Shown here: one piece after another, positions 10,793-20,736 of the stretch | Layout: each line of letters starts with the position of its first letter | Position numbering within the stretch: the stretch's first letter is position 1 | Source of the DNA: an uncultured Candidatus Binatia bacterium | GTDB taxonomy: Bacteria; Desulfobacterota; Binatia; Bin18 | Length of the DNA: 64,000 nucleotides | Reading direction: 5' to 3' | Assembly: GCA_965214605.1 (NCBI GenBank) | Contig: OZ243961.1 | Location: forward strand, 800,001 to 864,000 | Translations under genes and position numbers: made by a program | Notes under the pieces: model-generated | The model's database searches: none | The model's input: the letters and a program-made list of their open reading frames with translations, nothing else | Told to the model about the DNA's origin: nothing

Positions 10793-11746
10793 TTAGGAAT
10801 TTTGCAATAGGACTTTTAGCACGCCCGGCTGCGCCGCGTGATGCACCGCTGCCAACCCCTCGTCCAAAGGATAGATAATATTGATCAACGGCGAGACACG
10901 CACCCGCCCGTCAGTCAAGGCTTGGAGGGCCGGAGCAAACCCCCCGCAGCGGGAGCCGACCACGCTGACCTCATTGATCACCAGCGGCGCCAGAGACAGA
11001 CGGTGTTGAGTGGCCAGGGTGCTTTTGAGCACCAGCGTCCCGCGTGGCCGAACCGTCTGCATGGCTAGGGCTAGCCCGCCCTCCGATCCGGTGGCCTCAA
11101 CAACGATATCAGCTCCAGACGGTTTCCAGTTGGCCACCATACAGGTTCGTACACCGACCCCCCTGAGAGACCCGAGCTTATCGGGGTGTTTGCCAACGAG
11201 CGTCACCCGCGCTCCGGTCTGATGAAGTACCTGAGCGCATAGCAGCCCGAGTTTCCCATCGCCAAACACCACCACGTCAGCGTTTGACGACACTGAGACT
11301 TGTTCCACTATCTCGAACGCCGCGGCCAAGGGCTCTGTGAAAACCGCCTCTTCATCAGCAACAGTGTCGGGCACGAGGTGCAGGTTTGCCACCGGGACAG
11401 CCACGTATTCGGCAAAGCTGCCATCGGCACTCAGAATGCCCATCACCTGGCGCGTTGGACAGTGGCGCGGCAAGCCGCTGCGACACATGTCACACGTCTG
11501 ACAGGCAAAATTAATCTCGCCCACGACCCGCTTCCCTATGAGTTCAACCGGCCCTTCCACCACCTCGCCGACAAATTCATGGCCGGGCACTCCAGCAAAC
11601 GCCATATAGCCTTTGAATATCTGGAGGTCGGTTGAGCAAATACCAGCTAGACGCACCCGAACGAGGGCAAATCCCGCGCTCACTGATGGCGTGGCGTACT
11701 TCTGGCACAGCCGCAAGTGTTGCCCGTCCCAGACTAGTGCTCGCAC
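10793..11746 (-). CDS. Zinc-dependent alcohol dehydrogenase (MDR family)
   Basis: GICSTD, GHEFVG, CxxCxxC...C structural Zn cluster and GDGKLG; GTG start with GAGGAG RBS. Confidence 0.9.
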   Translation of the reverse strand: MRALVWDGQHLRLCQKYATPSVSAGFALVRVRLAGICSTDLQIFKGYMAFAGVPGHEFVGEVVEGPVELIGKRVVGEINFACQTCDMCRSGLPRHCPTRQVMGILSADGSFAEYVAVPVANLHLVPDTVADEEAVFTEPLAAAFEIVEQVSVSSNADVVVFGDGKLGLLCAQVLHQTGARVTLVGKHPDKLGSLRGVGVRTCMVANWKPSGADIVVEATGSEGGLALAMQTVRPRGTLVLKSTLATQHRLSLAPLVINEVSVVGSRCGGFAPALQALTDGRVRVSPLINIIYPLDEGLAAVHHAAQPGVLKVLLQNS

Positions 11747-11809
11747 AGCTCCTCTCTTGCCGGGTTTCTTGTCTCCACTCTGGATCGTAAGCAAATACGA
11801 CACTCGGAG

Positions 11810-13020
11810 TCAAGGCAAAACGAGCAGAGGCGGTACGCTCTCCATCCATATGTTCGGCCTAAGACTGCTCTTGTAAGATAGCGCTCCCGGGGATACAGGA
11901 GTGCCTCCTTAGCCTCTGTTCAACTGCGGCCCGGTGATGAAAGACACCTCCTGAATACTGGTCGATACTGAGTCATCGGCATCAGAGCACCCCCTCTCCG
12001 TTGTTGAAATCGGCGCGCAACGCACGCGGGGCTTGACGCCGGAGGTGCCCCTGCTCTGCCACCTGCTCGATTAGAATCGGGATAATCCTCACAGACGCCG
12101 CCCGCATCCACGGCTATACCGAAGAGGAACTTCTTGAGCGCAACGGGAGAGGTGGTGTCCATGGCGTTCGCTAGTTGTCCACAACTTCCAGGACGACCTT
12201 ACTGAGTCGTGCCGCAACGCCTCAGGACGGATTGGAAGCCACGGCTTTCGTGCTCTGTGTCTACCACAATGCCTGCCGGATTTGTCCCGGCCAGCAACCG
12301 TAAGCGGCAAACCCTACTAGTCGGTATCATCGTCTGCCGTAGCGCAACGCATACCATGTGGAAACGGTGGTCCAGAGTAGGGAGGTGATCCGTCCGGCTG
12401 CAGGATTCGCGGCAGCGGGTGTCTCACTTTCCCGCCCAGAAATGGTATCCGCTCTGCATCGTCTTCGGGACATCTAAGGGCCGCTGTTCTGGGAAGTGGA
12501 GTGCGACGCGGGTCTGCAACGCCGGCCGGCATAGCGGCAACGGCTCAGGGGGGATCTTGGAGTTCGACTACCGGCAGATTCCGGAGGAATAACGCCAGAG
12601 GACTTGGGTGAGCAGCGGTAAGGGACCTCCTTCCTTCGCCGTCTCCGACGGTGCCTCGGATTGGCCCTCTCATAAGTCCCCATTCAATTGCGGTCACCGC
12701 CAACTCATTGATACGTGACCCGTCACAGGTGCGACATTTAAAAGAACTCTGCTGGTGCGAAGGACAGCTAACCCACTAGACTCGACCCGTCATGGCTCGC
12801 TAACCTAGGTGACACCTGCCTCCCGAGGGTAACCACCTTACTACACTCACCCTGTCACTGAGACCGAACCTGGAGGTAATCGACTGCAAGGGAAATTCCT
12901 TGGCCAAAACCGGGCTCTCTTTAGCCTCAAGAAACGAGAATCATATGTTAAGGGCAATGTCCGTATTCACAAACGCAAGGAGCAAAATCCGACCATCCGT
13001 TTCTCCGATTTTTGATGAAA
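11810..13020. other. About 1.2-kb GC-rich region without a credible ORF (nature unknown)
   Basis: Only short (<=90 aa) ORFs with no recognisable motifs in any frame; lies between two divergent genes. Confidence 0.6.
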
Positions 13021-13030
13021 GGGAGAGCCT

Positions 13031-14257
13031 ATGAGCAAGACAACACAGCCGCCGCTCATGCTAGACGGCATCACCGTCCTAGATTTTACCCAATATCTCG
13101 CCGGTCCAACGGCGACCCGTCTGATGGCAGAACTCGGTGCCGAGGTTATCAAAGTCGAACAGGCCCAGCAGGGCGATCCGGCCCGCACCATCCCTTTTCT
13201 CAAAGACGGCCGCAGCATCTACTTCATTCAACAAAATCGGGGCAAGAAGAGCGTCTGTGTGGATTTCAAAAAGCCCGAAGCGATTGAGCTCATCCGGGCA
13301 CTGATTCCCCACGTGGATGTAGTCATTGAGAATTATGGACCAGGCGTTCTAGAAAGACGCGGCCTTGACTACGAAACACTCAAACAGCTCAACCCGGGTA
13401 TCATCATGTGCTCAATCTCAGCTTTCGGTCGCCAGGGCCCACTGTCCCACCTGACCGGCTACGATTACATCGCTCAGGCGTTTTCCGGCATTATGCACAT
13501 GACCGGCGACCCGGATGGCCCGCCCCGCTTCGTCGGCGTGGCGATTGCCGATGGGGTTGCCGGGGTGCACGCTTTCGCGGCCCTTGGCTATGCCCTACTG
13601 CACCGTGACCGGACCGGCCAGGGACAGTACATCGACATGTCCATGGTCGATGCCCTCTACCATATGCAATCGGTTGAGGTGCAGCTGTACGCGGCCAGCA
13701 AAGGCGCCTATAAACCGCTCCGGTTTGGCATCCACCACAGACTATCGTGCCCTCAGGGTGTCTTTAAAGGGCCTGAGGGCTATATGGTGATTCTTGCTCT
13801 CAACCGCCAGTGGCCAAACGTGGCACGGGCGCTGGGCAGACCGGAATTGATCGACGATCCGCGCTTCTCCTCGGCTGGCAGACGCGCCAAACACAAGGAG
13901 GAGCTGATTGCCATGATTGAGGCATGGCTGCAAAGCTTCCCAAGCGATGAGGCCGCCCTCAAGGCCCTGGCCGACCACCGGGTGCCGGCCGGCCCGGTGC
14001 TGTCGATTGAAGAGACAGTTTCTCACCCGTATTTTGCGGCCAGAAAGATGGTCCGCCAAGTCCCGGATCGGGTCTTGGGCGAGGTGACCATCCCGGGCTT
14101 CCCGTTCAAGTTCTCGGCCTTTCCAGACAGCCTTGATCTTGAGGCGCCCTTTCTCGGTGAACACAACGATGCGGTGTTCGGTCGCTATCTGGGCCGCTCC
14201 CCGGATAGTCTCAACGCCCTGTATAAACAAGGCGCGTTATACCGGGGGACGACCTAA
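13031..14257 (+). CDS. CaiB/BaiF family III CoA-transferase
   Basis: VLDFTQYLAGP, GAEVIKVE and NRGKKS motifs; catalytic Asp retained in GVAIADGVAG. Confidence 0.92.
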   Translation: MSKTTQPPLMLDGITVLDFTQYLAGPTATRLMAELGAEVIKVEQAQQGDPARTIPFLKDGRSIYFIQQNRGKKSVCVDFKKPEAIELIRALIPHVDVVIENYGPGVLERRGLDYETLKQLNPGIIMCSISAFGRQGPLSHLTGYDYIAQAFSGIMHMTGDPDGPPRFVGVAIADGVAGVHAFAALGYALLHRDRTGQGQYIDMSMVDALYHMQSVEVQLYAASKGAYKPLRFGIHHRLSCPQGVFKGPEGYMVILALNRQWPNVARALGRPELIDDPRFSSAGRRAKHKEELIAMIEAWLQSFPSDEAALKALADHRVPAGPVLSIEETVSHPYFAARKMVRQVPDRVLGEVTIPGFPFKFSAFPDSLDLEAPFLGEHNDAVFGRYLGRSPDSLNALYKQGALYRGTT

Positions 14258-14262
14258 GTGGC

Positions 14263-15672
14263 CTACACCGACGGCCGACGGGTGTGCCACTCGGTGGCCT
14301 GCTCATACGCGTGGCCGGCCTGTATGACGGTGCCCTCCTCACCGTGGCGTCCGATGAGTTGGAGACTCAGTGGCAGGCCGTCCGCGTTGAAGCCGCACGG
14401 AACCGAGATGGTTGGACTCCCAGAAAAATCGAACGGTGCAGTATGGCGCAGCAGACCGCCGGCAGCCGATCGGGACAGCGGGGCGTAGGGAGAAAACTCC
14501 GATAGGGGAACGGGCGCGCTAGGCGCTGACGGACAGAGCAACAGATCAACCTCTTGCCACAGGTCGTCAATCATACGGCATACCCCCTGGCGGATGATAT
14601 GCGCCTTGACATAGTCTGCCCCGCTGACCTTGACCCCTTCCTCTAGGAAGGAACGAAAGGTCAGCCCGTAATCGTCGGCCCGCGCTGGGTAGGTTTCGGC
14701 GTGCGCGTGCGCGGCCTCGGCCGCGCAGATTGAAAACCACGCGTCCAGCACTTCGGTGTTGATTCCGCTGACTTTCACCTCGCGGATTTCCGCGCCTAAA
14801 TCCTGCAAGACTTTGACCGTGCCCAGGACGGCCTGACTGACCTCGGATTCCACACCCTCGGTACAATAGGCTTCATCAACGCCGATCCGCAGCGCTTTGA
14901 CCCCATTATCAATCAGGTCCAGATAGTCGCGTACCGATTCCCGCCGGGTCGTCGGATCTTTTGGATCAAAACCCGCAATGGCACGGAGCATAATCGCCGC
15001 ATCGGCAACGCTCCGCGTCATCGGTCCTACATGGTCGAGGGTCTCGCCGAGCGGAAACACACCGTAGCGACTGACCCTGCCGTAGGTCTGCTTAATACCG
15101 ACGATGCCGCACGCGGCGGACGGAAAACGAATCGAGCCGCCGGTATCCGAGCCGAGCGAGCCAAAACACAGCGAGGCAGCTGTGGCGACCCCTGAGCCGC
15201 TTGATGAGGCACCCGGCCAGCGGTCGGGATTCCAGGGGTTGCGCGGTGGTTGTACCGAGGGATGATAGCCGGACAGGGCGAATTCCGTCATCCCTAGTTT
15301 GCCCAGCAATACCGCGCCCGCAGCGTACAGTTTGTCAATGACCGTGGCGTTGTGGTCGGGCACCAAGTCGGCCAGAATCTTCGAGGCACACGTGGTGCGA
15401 ATGCCTTTCGTGAAACACAGGTCTTTGACGGCAATCGGAATGCCGTGCAAGGGCCCTCGGTAGGTTCCGGCCGCGATCTCCTGCTCTGCGACCCGAGCCT
15501 GCTCCAGGGCAAAATCCGCAGTCACCGTGATATAGCTGTGCAGCTTGCCATCAGTGGCTTCGATGCGATCGAGCATGGCCTGGGTGAGTTCCACGGGCGA
15601 GACAGCTTTGCTTTGGATCAGCGCAGCAACTTCGGTCATCGTCTTGGTACACAGCTCAGCAAGGCTTGCCAT
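14263..15672 (-). CDS. Amidase signature family protein
   Basis: GPLHGIPIAVKD, PGASSSGS and GSDTGGSIRFPS (Ser-cisSer-Lys triad). Confidence 0.92.
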   Translation of the reverse strand: MASLAELCTKTMTEVAALIQSKAVSPVELTQAMLDRIEATDGKLHSYITVTADFALEQARVAEQEIAAGTYRGPLHGIPIAVKDLCFTKGIRTTCASKILADLVPDHNATVIDKLYAAGAVLLGKLGMTEFALSGYHPSVQPPRNPWNPDRWPGASSSGSGVATAASLCFGSLGSDTGGSIRFPSAACGIVGIKQTYGRVSRYGVFPLGETLDHVGPMTRSVADAAIMLRAIAGFDPKDPTTRRESVRDYLDLIDNGVKALRIGVDEAYCTEGVESEVSQAVLGTVKVLQDLGAEIREVKVSGINTEVLDAWFSICAAEAAHAHAETYPARADDYGLTFRSFLEEGVKVSGADYVKAHIIRQGVCRMIDDLWQEVDLLLCPSAPSAPVPLSEFSPYAPLSRSAAGGLLRHTAPFDFSGSPTISVPCGFNADGLPLSLQLIGRHGEEGTVIQAGHAYEQATEWHTRRPSV

Positions 15673-15734
15673 AGTGCATCCCTCCTTAGGCCTTCTCCCT
15701 TAGCACTTTCTCGGAGCGAAAGAAAAGTGGTGAT

Positions 15735-17006
15735 TCACAGCCGCAGGATCGCCCCGTGCTCTTCAAGACGCTGCTGGAGGACGGAAATCTGAATCTGTTG
15801 GGGATCCGTTCCCGACCGGACCGCCAGGGCTGCTGCAGTGCCGGCCGCCTCGCCTGTCGCAATACACGGCGGAATCTCTTTGGTGGCATGATGAACCCGG
15901 TGATCGACCGAGATACAGCGACCAGCAACCAACAGGTTCGGAAATTCCTTGGTCAGCAGCGATCGGTAGGGAATATAGTAGACGGCCTCGTATTTGGTCC
16001 AATGCCCGGTCAGAGCAATGACATCCTCACACGGTGTGTCGATATCATCCCGTCCCAGCACAGTCTCGCCGACCAAACGGCGGCTCTCGGTGATCCCGAT
16101 TTGATCAGCAATGTGACAGAAGTGGGCTGTGGCAAAGCCCGGCACCTCGCGCCGCAGGCGGTCAACCTCTTCCATGACCCGCTTGCGGCATTCCAGCTCG
16201 GCATAGGTCAGGTCTTCGGGGTCGGTGGCGTCGATTTTACGGCTAATACGCTCGGTCGCTCCCCACGGCATCAGGACTTTGCCCTCGCCCGGAGTGTGAA
16301 AAAACCATCCCCCGGCTCGGATAGCGGCCTCGGGGTCTTCGACTCCGCCCATGCAAAACCACAGCCACGGCAAGACTTTTTCTTTTTCATAGGCGGCCCC
16401 GGCCGAGGTGAAGATGTCGCCGTCCCCGCTGGCATCAATAACGACATCGGCCACAATGGCAAAACGGCCAGACTTGCCCTGAAAGGTCACCCCGCTGACC
16501 CGGCCGTCCTGCACCACGGCCTCGCAAGCATACGCGTGCAGCAACAGCCGCACGCCGGCCTCTTGAGTCATTTGGTTCAGCGCAAACTTGAACTCTTCCG
16601 GATCATAGGCGACCGAGTAGCGTACCCGATGCGGTCCGTGGCCCCACACCAGACCCCAGCCCCGAGCGCGGCTGACGAGATCTTGGTCGGTGCTCCCCCA
16701 TTCGGCTTGGGGCGGGAAATAGGCGGCTTCGCGCCGGGCGAGCCGCTCCGTCACCTCTTGGCAGAGACCGCCCACGACCTGCCGGCCCCGACCGTCATCA
16801 AGGGTCAGCAGCAAAATAATCAGGCCGCCGGTGGCCAGCCCACCCAGATAGCCCAGCCGCTCAACCAGGATCACATCGGCCCCGTTACGAGCCGCGGCCA
16901 CCGCCGCGGCCACGCCGGCCGAACCGCCGCCAACCACCAAGACCTCGGTCTCGGCCTTGACCGGTGTCGAGCGTGGCGGCTCATCAATGAAATAAGGAGA
17001 CGGCAC
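15735..17006 (-). CDS. FAD-dependent oxidoreductase (FAD_oxidored family)
   Basis: VVGGGSAG dinucleotide fold, IDASGDGD, IPYRSL and NLLVAGRCIS motifs. Confidence 0.88.
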   Translation of the reverse strand: MPSPYFIDEPPRSTPVKAETEVLVVGGGSAGVAAAVAAARNGADVILVERLGYLGGLATGGLIILLLTLDDGRGRQVVGGLCQEVTERLARREAAYFPPQAEWGSTDQDLVSRARGWGLVWGHGPHRVRYSVAYDPEEFKFALNQMTQEAGVRLLLHAYACEAVVQDGRVSGVTFQGKSGRFAIVADVVIDASGDGDIFTSAGAAYEKEKVLPWLWFCMGGVEDPEAAIRAGGWFFHTPGEGKVLMPWGATERISRKIDATDPEDLTYAELECRKRVMEEVDRLRREVPGFATAHFCHIADQIGITESRRLVGETVLGRDDIDTPCEDVIALTGHWTKYEAVYYIPYRSLLTKEFPNLLVAGRCISVDHRVHHATKEIPPCIATGEAAGTAAALAVRSGTDPQQIQISVLQQRLEEHGAILRL

Positions 17007-17157
17007 TGAACCCTCCGAGGTCTCTGATTTGCTGTTGCACTCTTCCCACCGCCAGCATCAGCGTCTCCTTTCAACAACTAGTGCACGACCCAGCTAGCCT
17101 TTCGACACAACTGACTCCATGCGGCTTCAGGAAATCGCTCCACAGCATATATCTCCC

Positions 17158-18273
17158 CTACCACATGGTCTTGAGCAACCCCAACATGGCCTCTTCGGCT
17201 CCCTGCTGTTTATGCCACAGAGAGCTTTCCTCAATTACGGCCTGGGCCACAATTGGCAGTTCGTCCTCTTTGGCTCCAACATCACGTAGACGGCGGGGCA
17301 CGTCAAAGCCGTCAATGAACGCCTCCACCACCTCGGCTGCTTCAGCCGCGACCGACTCGGGCGCCCGCCCGTTGGTCTGAATGCCAAAGGCCTCAGCGAT
17401 CTTGGCCTGCTGGGCCAGGGTCTGCGGAGCCAAAAAACGCATGCAGTGCGGAATTGTGATACACGACGTTACCCCGTGCGGCACGTCCCAACGCGCGCCA
17501 ATCTGATGGCCAAAGATGTGGCTGAGGCGGACGCCCACGTTGCCCAGGCCGAAAATCGACAGCCAAGCCGCGACCTGACACTCGCCACGAGCCTCCACAT
17601 TATCGGGCTCTTTGACAGACAGAGGGAGCGAGACGTACAGCTTGCGAATTGCCTCCATAGCCAGGGCGTCAGACACCGGCTGGGGGTTGACCGACCACAG
17701 AGCTTCAATCGCATGATCAAGCGCCTTGATGCCGGTCGCCACCCATAGCTGCTGGGGGGTCGGCAGAGTTACCTGGGGATCAAGGACGACCGTTTTGGGC
17801 ACGATGCGTGGATCAACCCGCAGCCCTTTGACCCGGGTGGCCTCATCGGTGATCCCGGCAAAGGGGGTGAACTCCCCGGCTGACAGTGTGGTCGAAATCG
17901 CAATCTGGGGCATGTCGGCCTGGGTTTGACCATCTTGGAGCAGTTCCAGAGCCACAATCTTGGCCGCGTCGATCGGGCTGCCCCCACCAAAGCTGATGAT
18001 GGCATCCGCCCCACGGTCGCGCGCCATGGCCACGGCTTGGTCAACCGTATGGCTTGGCACGTGCTGTTTGCAGCCGGTGTACGTACCGGCCCAGCGCTCT
18101 GCGAGCAGGGTCTCAAATTTCTGGATCAGATCGGTTTTCGTCGACAGGCTCCGGCCGGTCAGCACCAAGGCGCGCTGCTTGCCAAAACGCTCGAGTTCGC
18201 CGGGCACCCGCTCTAGCGCGCCAGCTCCAAAAATGACGTTTTCCAACTGGGGGAATTTATACTCGCGAACCAT
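17158..18273 (-). CDS. Iron-containing alcohol dehydrogenase / maleylacetate reductase-like
   Basis: GGGSPIDAAK, TTLSAGE, DHAIEA and SH...VPHG motifs. Confidence 0.88.
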   Translation of the reverse strand: MVREYKFPQLENVIFGAGALERVPGELERFGKQRALVLTGRSLSTKTDLIQKFETLLAERWAGTYTGCKQHVPSHTVDQAVAMARDRGADAIISFGGGSPIDAAKIVALELLQDGQTQADMPQIAISTTLSAGEFTPFAGITDEATRVKGLRVDPRIVPKTVVLDPQVTLPTPQQLWVATGIKALDHAIEALWSVNPQPVSDALAMEAIRKLYVSLPLSVKEPDNVEARGECQVAAWLSIFGLGNVGVRLSHIFGHQIGARWDVPHGVTSCITIPHCMRFLAPQTLAQQAKIAEAFGIQTNGRAPESVAAEAAEVVEAFIDGFDVPRRLRDVGAKEDELPIVAQAVIEESSLWHKQQGAEEAMLGLLKTMW

Positions 18274-18492
18274 GCCTTCCTCCTTCTGCGCTTAGGGCGA
18301 GGAGCGCAGGGGTCTTGCCGGACTCTTTCGGCCCCCGATTATTCTGCCGCTTCCTCGGGTTTGTCAATCGTGGAGTCGCTTGTCAGGCCGCTACCGATGC
18401 GCTATTGCAGGCCGTGTCCGTCCCGGTCCAGTGGTTCATCCCAGCCTTTGCAGCAGGAAGAGCGGATGAACAACTCGTCAGGAGGTAGGCGT

Positions 18493-19311
18493 ATGTCAGG
18501 CTACAGCTCTCTCAAATCTCTCAACCATGGAAGATATTTTGCCCTACTCGTCATCCTGGCCGGCTGGGCCGCCCCCGCGGCCCTGGCCGACTGGAACATA
18601 GACGACAGCAAAGTGATTGACCTCACCTACGCCTTTGACGAAGACACGATCTACTGGCCGACGGCCAAACCGTTTCAACGCGAGCTTGTTGCTGCAGGCC
18701 AAACCGAAGCCGGCTACTGGTATGCGGCCAATAATATCTGTCTGGCAGAGCACGGCGGCACTCATATGGACGCCCCGATTCATTTTGCCCAGGGCAAGCG
18801 CGCCGCGGCGGACGTGCCGGTTCAACAGCTGATCGGGCCGGCGGTCGTGATTGATGTCGAGGCCCAGGCGTCCGCAGACGCGGATTATCGCCTGAGCGTG
18901 GCCGATATTACGGCCTGGGAGCAGACCCACGGCCACATACCGACAGGCGCCATCGTCCTGATGCACAGTGGCTGGGGCAAACGCTGGCCGGATAAACAAC
19001 GCTACCTCGGCACCGACCAGCCCGGCGATGTGACCAATCTGCACTTTCCGAGCTTCTCCGAAGAGGCCGCCCGGTTTCTCGTCTCACAGCGCGAGGTTGA
19101 CGCGCTCGGCGTTGATACGCCGAGCATTGACTCCGGCCAGTCGCGGGACTTCATGGTCCATCGGATCGTTCACGGCGCCAACCTCCCTGGCCTGGAGAAT
19201 GTGGCCAATCTCGACCAGCTACCGCCAAGCGGGGCGCTGCTGATCGCCCTGCCGATGAAGATCGCCAAGGGCTCGGGAGCGCCGGTGCGCATCATCGCTG
19301 TCCTGCCCTAA
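18493..19311 (+). CDS. Cyclase family metal-dependent amidohydrolase (kynurenine formamidase/isatin hydrolase-like) with predicted signal peptide
   Basis: EHGGTHMDAPIHF motif, GVDTPSID, GLENVANL; AGGAGG RBS; hydrophobic N-terminus ending AALA. Confidence 0.88.
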   Translation: MSGYSSLKSLNHGRYFALLVILAGWAAPAALADWNIDDSKVIDLTYAFDEDTIYWPTAKPFQRELVAAGQTEAGYWYAANNICLAEHGGTHMDAPIHFAQGKRAAADVPVQQLIGPAVVIDVEAQASADADYRLSVADITAWEQTHGHIPTGAIVLMHSGWGKRWPDKQRYLGTDQPGDVTNLHFPSFSEEAARFLVSQREVDALGVDTPSIDSGQSRDFMVHRIVHGANLPGLENVANLDQLPPSGALLIALPMKIAKGSGAPVRIIAVLP

Positions 19312-19332
19312 GGACGAGTATCCCTTGATCGC

Positions 19333-19362
19333 TTGACTCAGACGGCTGTTCAGCCGTAGAGT
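19333..19362 (+). promoter_or_regulatory. Putative sigma70 promoter (TTGACT-N18-TAGAGT) containing the dyad ACGGCTG-TT-CAGCCGT
   Basis: Read directly from the sequence, upstream of the CoA-transferase pair. Confidence 0.5.
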
Positions 19363-19425
19363 TCGCCCAACGCCCGGACCAACAGGTGAGACGCGCCGAT
19401 TCCACAGAGCAAAAGGAGCCACGCA

Positions 19426-20703
19426 ATGACGACATCCGCCCCAACGCGCAGCGCGCTGATGGCCGGCTACCGGGTCCTCGACCTGAGCGACGAAAAGGGC
19501 ATGCTGTGCGGGAAAATGTTTGCCGATATGGGCGCTGAGGTGATCAAGATAGAGCCGCTGGGTGGCGACCCGGCTCGAACCCTGCCGCCGTTCTATCACG
19601 ATGAGGTGGACCCGGAGAAAAGCCTGTACTGGTTTGCCTATAATGCTGGCAAAAAAGGGGTGACCCTCGACCTGACAACGGCCGACGGGCAGGCCGTGTT
19701 CCGCGATCTCGTCGCGGTCTCGGACTTTGTGATTGAAACCTTTCCGGTTGGCTATCTGGATGAGCTCAACCTTGGCTATCAGGCCCTGTCGCAGCTCAAC
19801 CCACGCATCATCCTGACCTCGATCACCCCGTTTGGCGACACCGAAGTGGGACGCGGCCAGCAGGCAGACGATCTGATTGCCTGGGCAACCGGCGGGGCCA
19901 TGGCCATCATGGGCGAGCACGACCGAGGGCCGGCCCGTATCAACCTGTTGCAGAGCTATTTTCACGCCAGCGCCGAAGCCGCGGTCGGCTCCATGACCGC
20001 CCACTATCCGCGCGAGATCAGCGGAGAGGGCCAACACGTGGTGGTCAACATGCAGGCGTGTGTGGTCTGGACGCTTATGAACGAGCAGGCTTTTCCGATC
20101 CTGCACGGCAACTCGGTTGAGCGCAACGGCGTATTTGCCGGTTCCGAGGGCATGCGTCAGCGCCTCGTCTTTCCGTGTAAAGACGGATACATCACCCTCC
20201 TCGTCGCTGGCGGTCCCCTCACCCCGTCCCTCAAGGCATTTCTCAACTGGATGGACGAAAAAGGAATGGCCCCGCAGTGGATGCTCGACAAAGACTGGAC
20301 TCAGTGGGGGCCGGCCACCTTCATGAACGCCAGAGGCGATGAGGTCCAAAAAGAGATTGACGAGATTGAGGCGGCAATTACCGCGTTTCTGAAGACCCTG
20401 ACCAAGGCCGAAATCTACGCCGGAGCCTTACAGCGGCGGATCCTGCTCGCCCCGGTCGCCACCGCAGCGGACATCGCCTCTAGTGAGCAGTTGGCCGCCC
20501 GCGAATTTTTTGTTCCAATCGAGCACGAAGATCTAGGCGAGACGATTCCCTACCCGGGTCCGTTTGCGAAATTGAGCCAAACGCCATTGTCGGTCGCCGG
20601 CCGCGCCCCCCATATCGGAGAGCACAATAGCGAAGTCTATGGCGGCCTGCTTGGCTATAGCCGGGAAAAGCAGGCCGCCCTGCTGATGGTTAGAGCCATC
20701 TAA
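19426..20703 (+). CDS. Family III CoA-transferase, probable non-catalytic subunit (BbsE-like)
   Basis: RVLDLS, GAEVIKIEP and NAGKKGVTLDL motifs; the catalytic Asp position appears replaced (INLLQSYFHAS). Confidence 0.85.
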   Translation: MTTSAPTRSALMAGYRVLDLSDEKGMLCGKMFADMGAEVIKIEPLGGDPARTLPPFYHDEVDPEKSLYWFAYNAGKKGVTLDLTTADGQAVFRDLVAVSDFVIETFPVGYLDELNLGYQALSQLNPRIILTSITPFGDTEVGRGQQADDLIAWATGGAMAIMGEHDRGPARINLLQSYFHASAEAAVGSMTAHYPREISGEGQHVVVNMQACVVWTLMNEQAFPILHGNSVERNGVFAGSEGMRQRLVFPCKDGYITLLVAGGPLTPSLKAFLNWMDEKGMAPQWMLDKDWTQWGPATFMNARGDEVQKEIDEIEAAITAFLKTLTKAEIYAGALQRRILLAPVATAADIASSEQLAAREFFVPIEHEDLGETIPYPGPFAKLSQTPLSVAGRAPHIGEHNSEVYGGLLGYSREKQAALLMVRAI

Positions 20704-20736
20704 GCCGCCGCCTCTCTGCCATTCAGGAGATACAGG

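Noticed and set aside
12016-12026. 11-mer CGCAACGCACG shared between the 12-kb and 47-kb islands
   Set aside because: One shared 11-mer between ~1.1-kb and ~1.6-kb sequences is within chance expectation, and the flanks do not align.
12548-12910. tmRNA-like start GGGGGGATCTTGGAGTTCGAC
   Set aside because: There is no matching T-arm/acceptor 3' end (GGTTCRANTCC...CCA) about 350 nt downstream and no tag reading frame ending in AA.
15756-17009. Long antisense ORFs (for example 15756-17009 +, 19219-20349 -, 20533-21372 -, 3906-4733 +)
   Set aside because: These are shadow frames of well-supported genes on the opposite strand, common at high GC, with no recognisable motifs.
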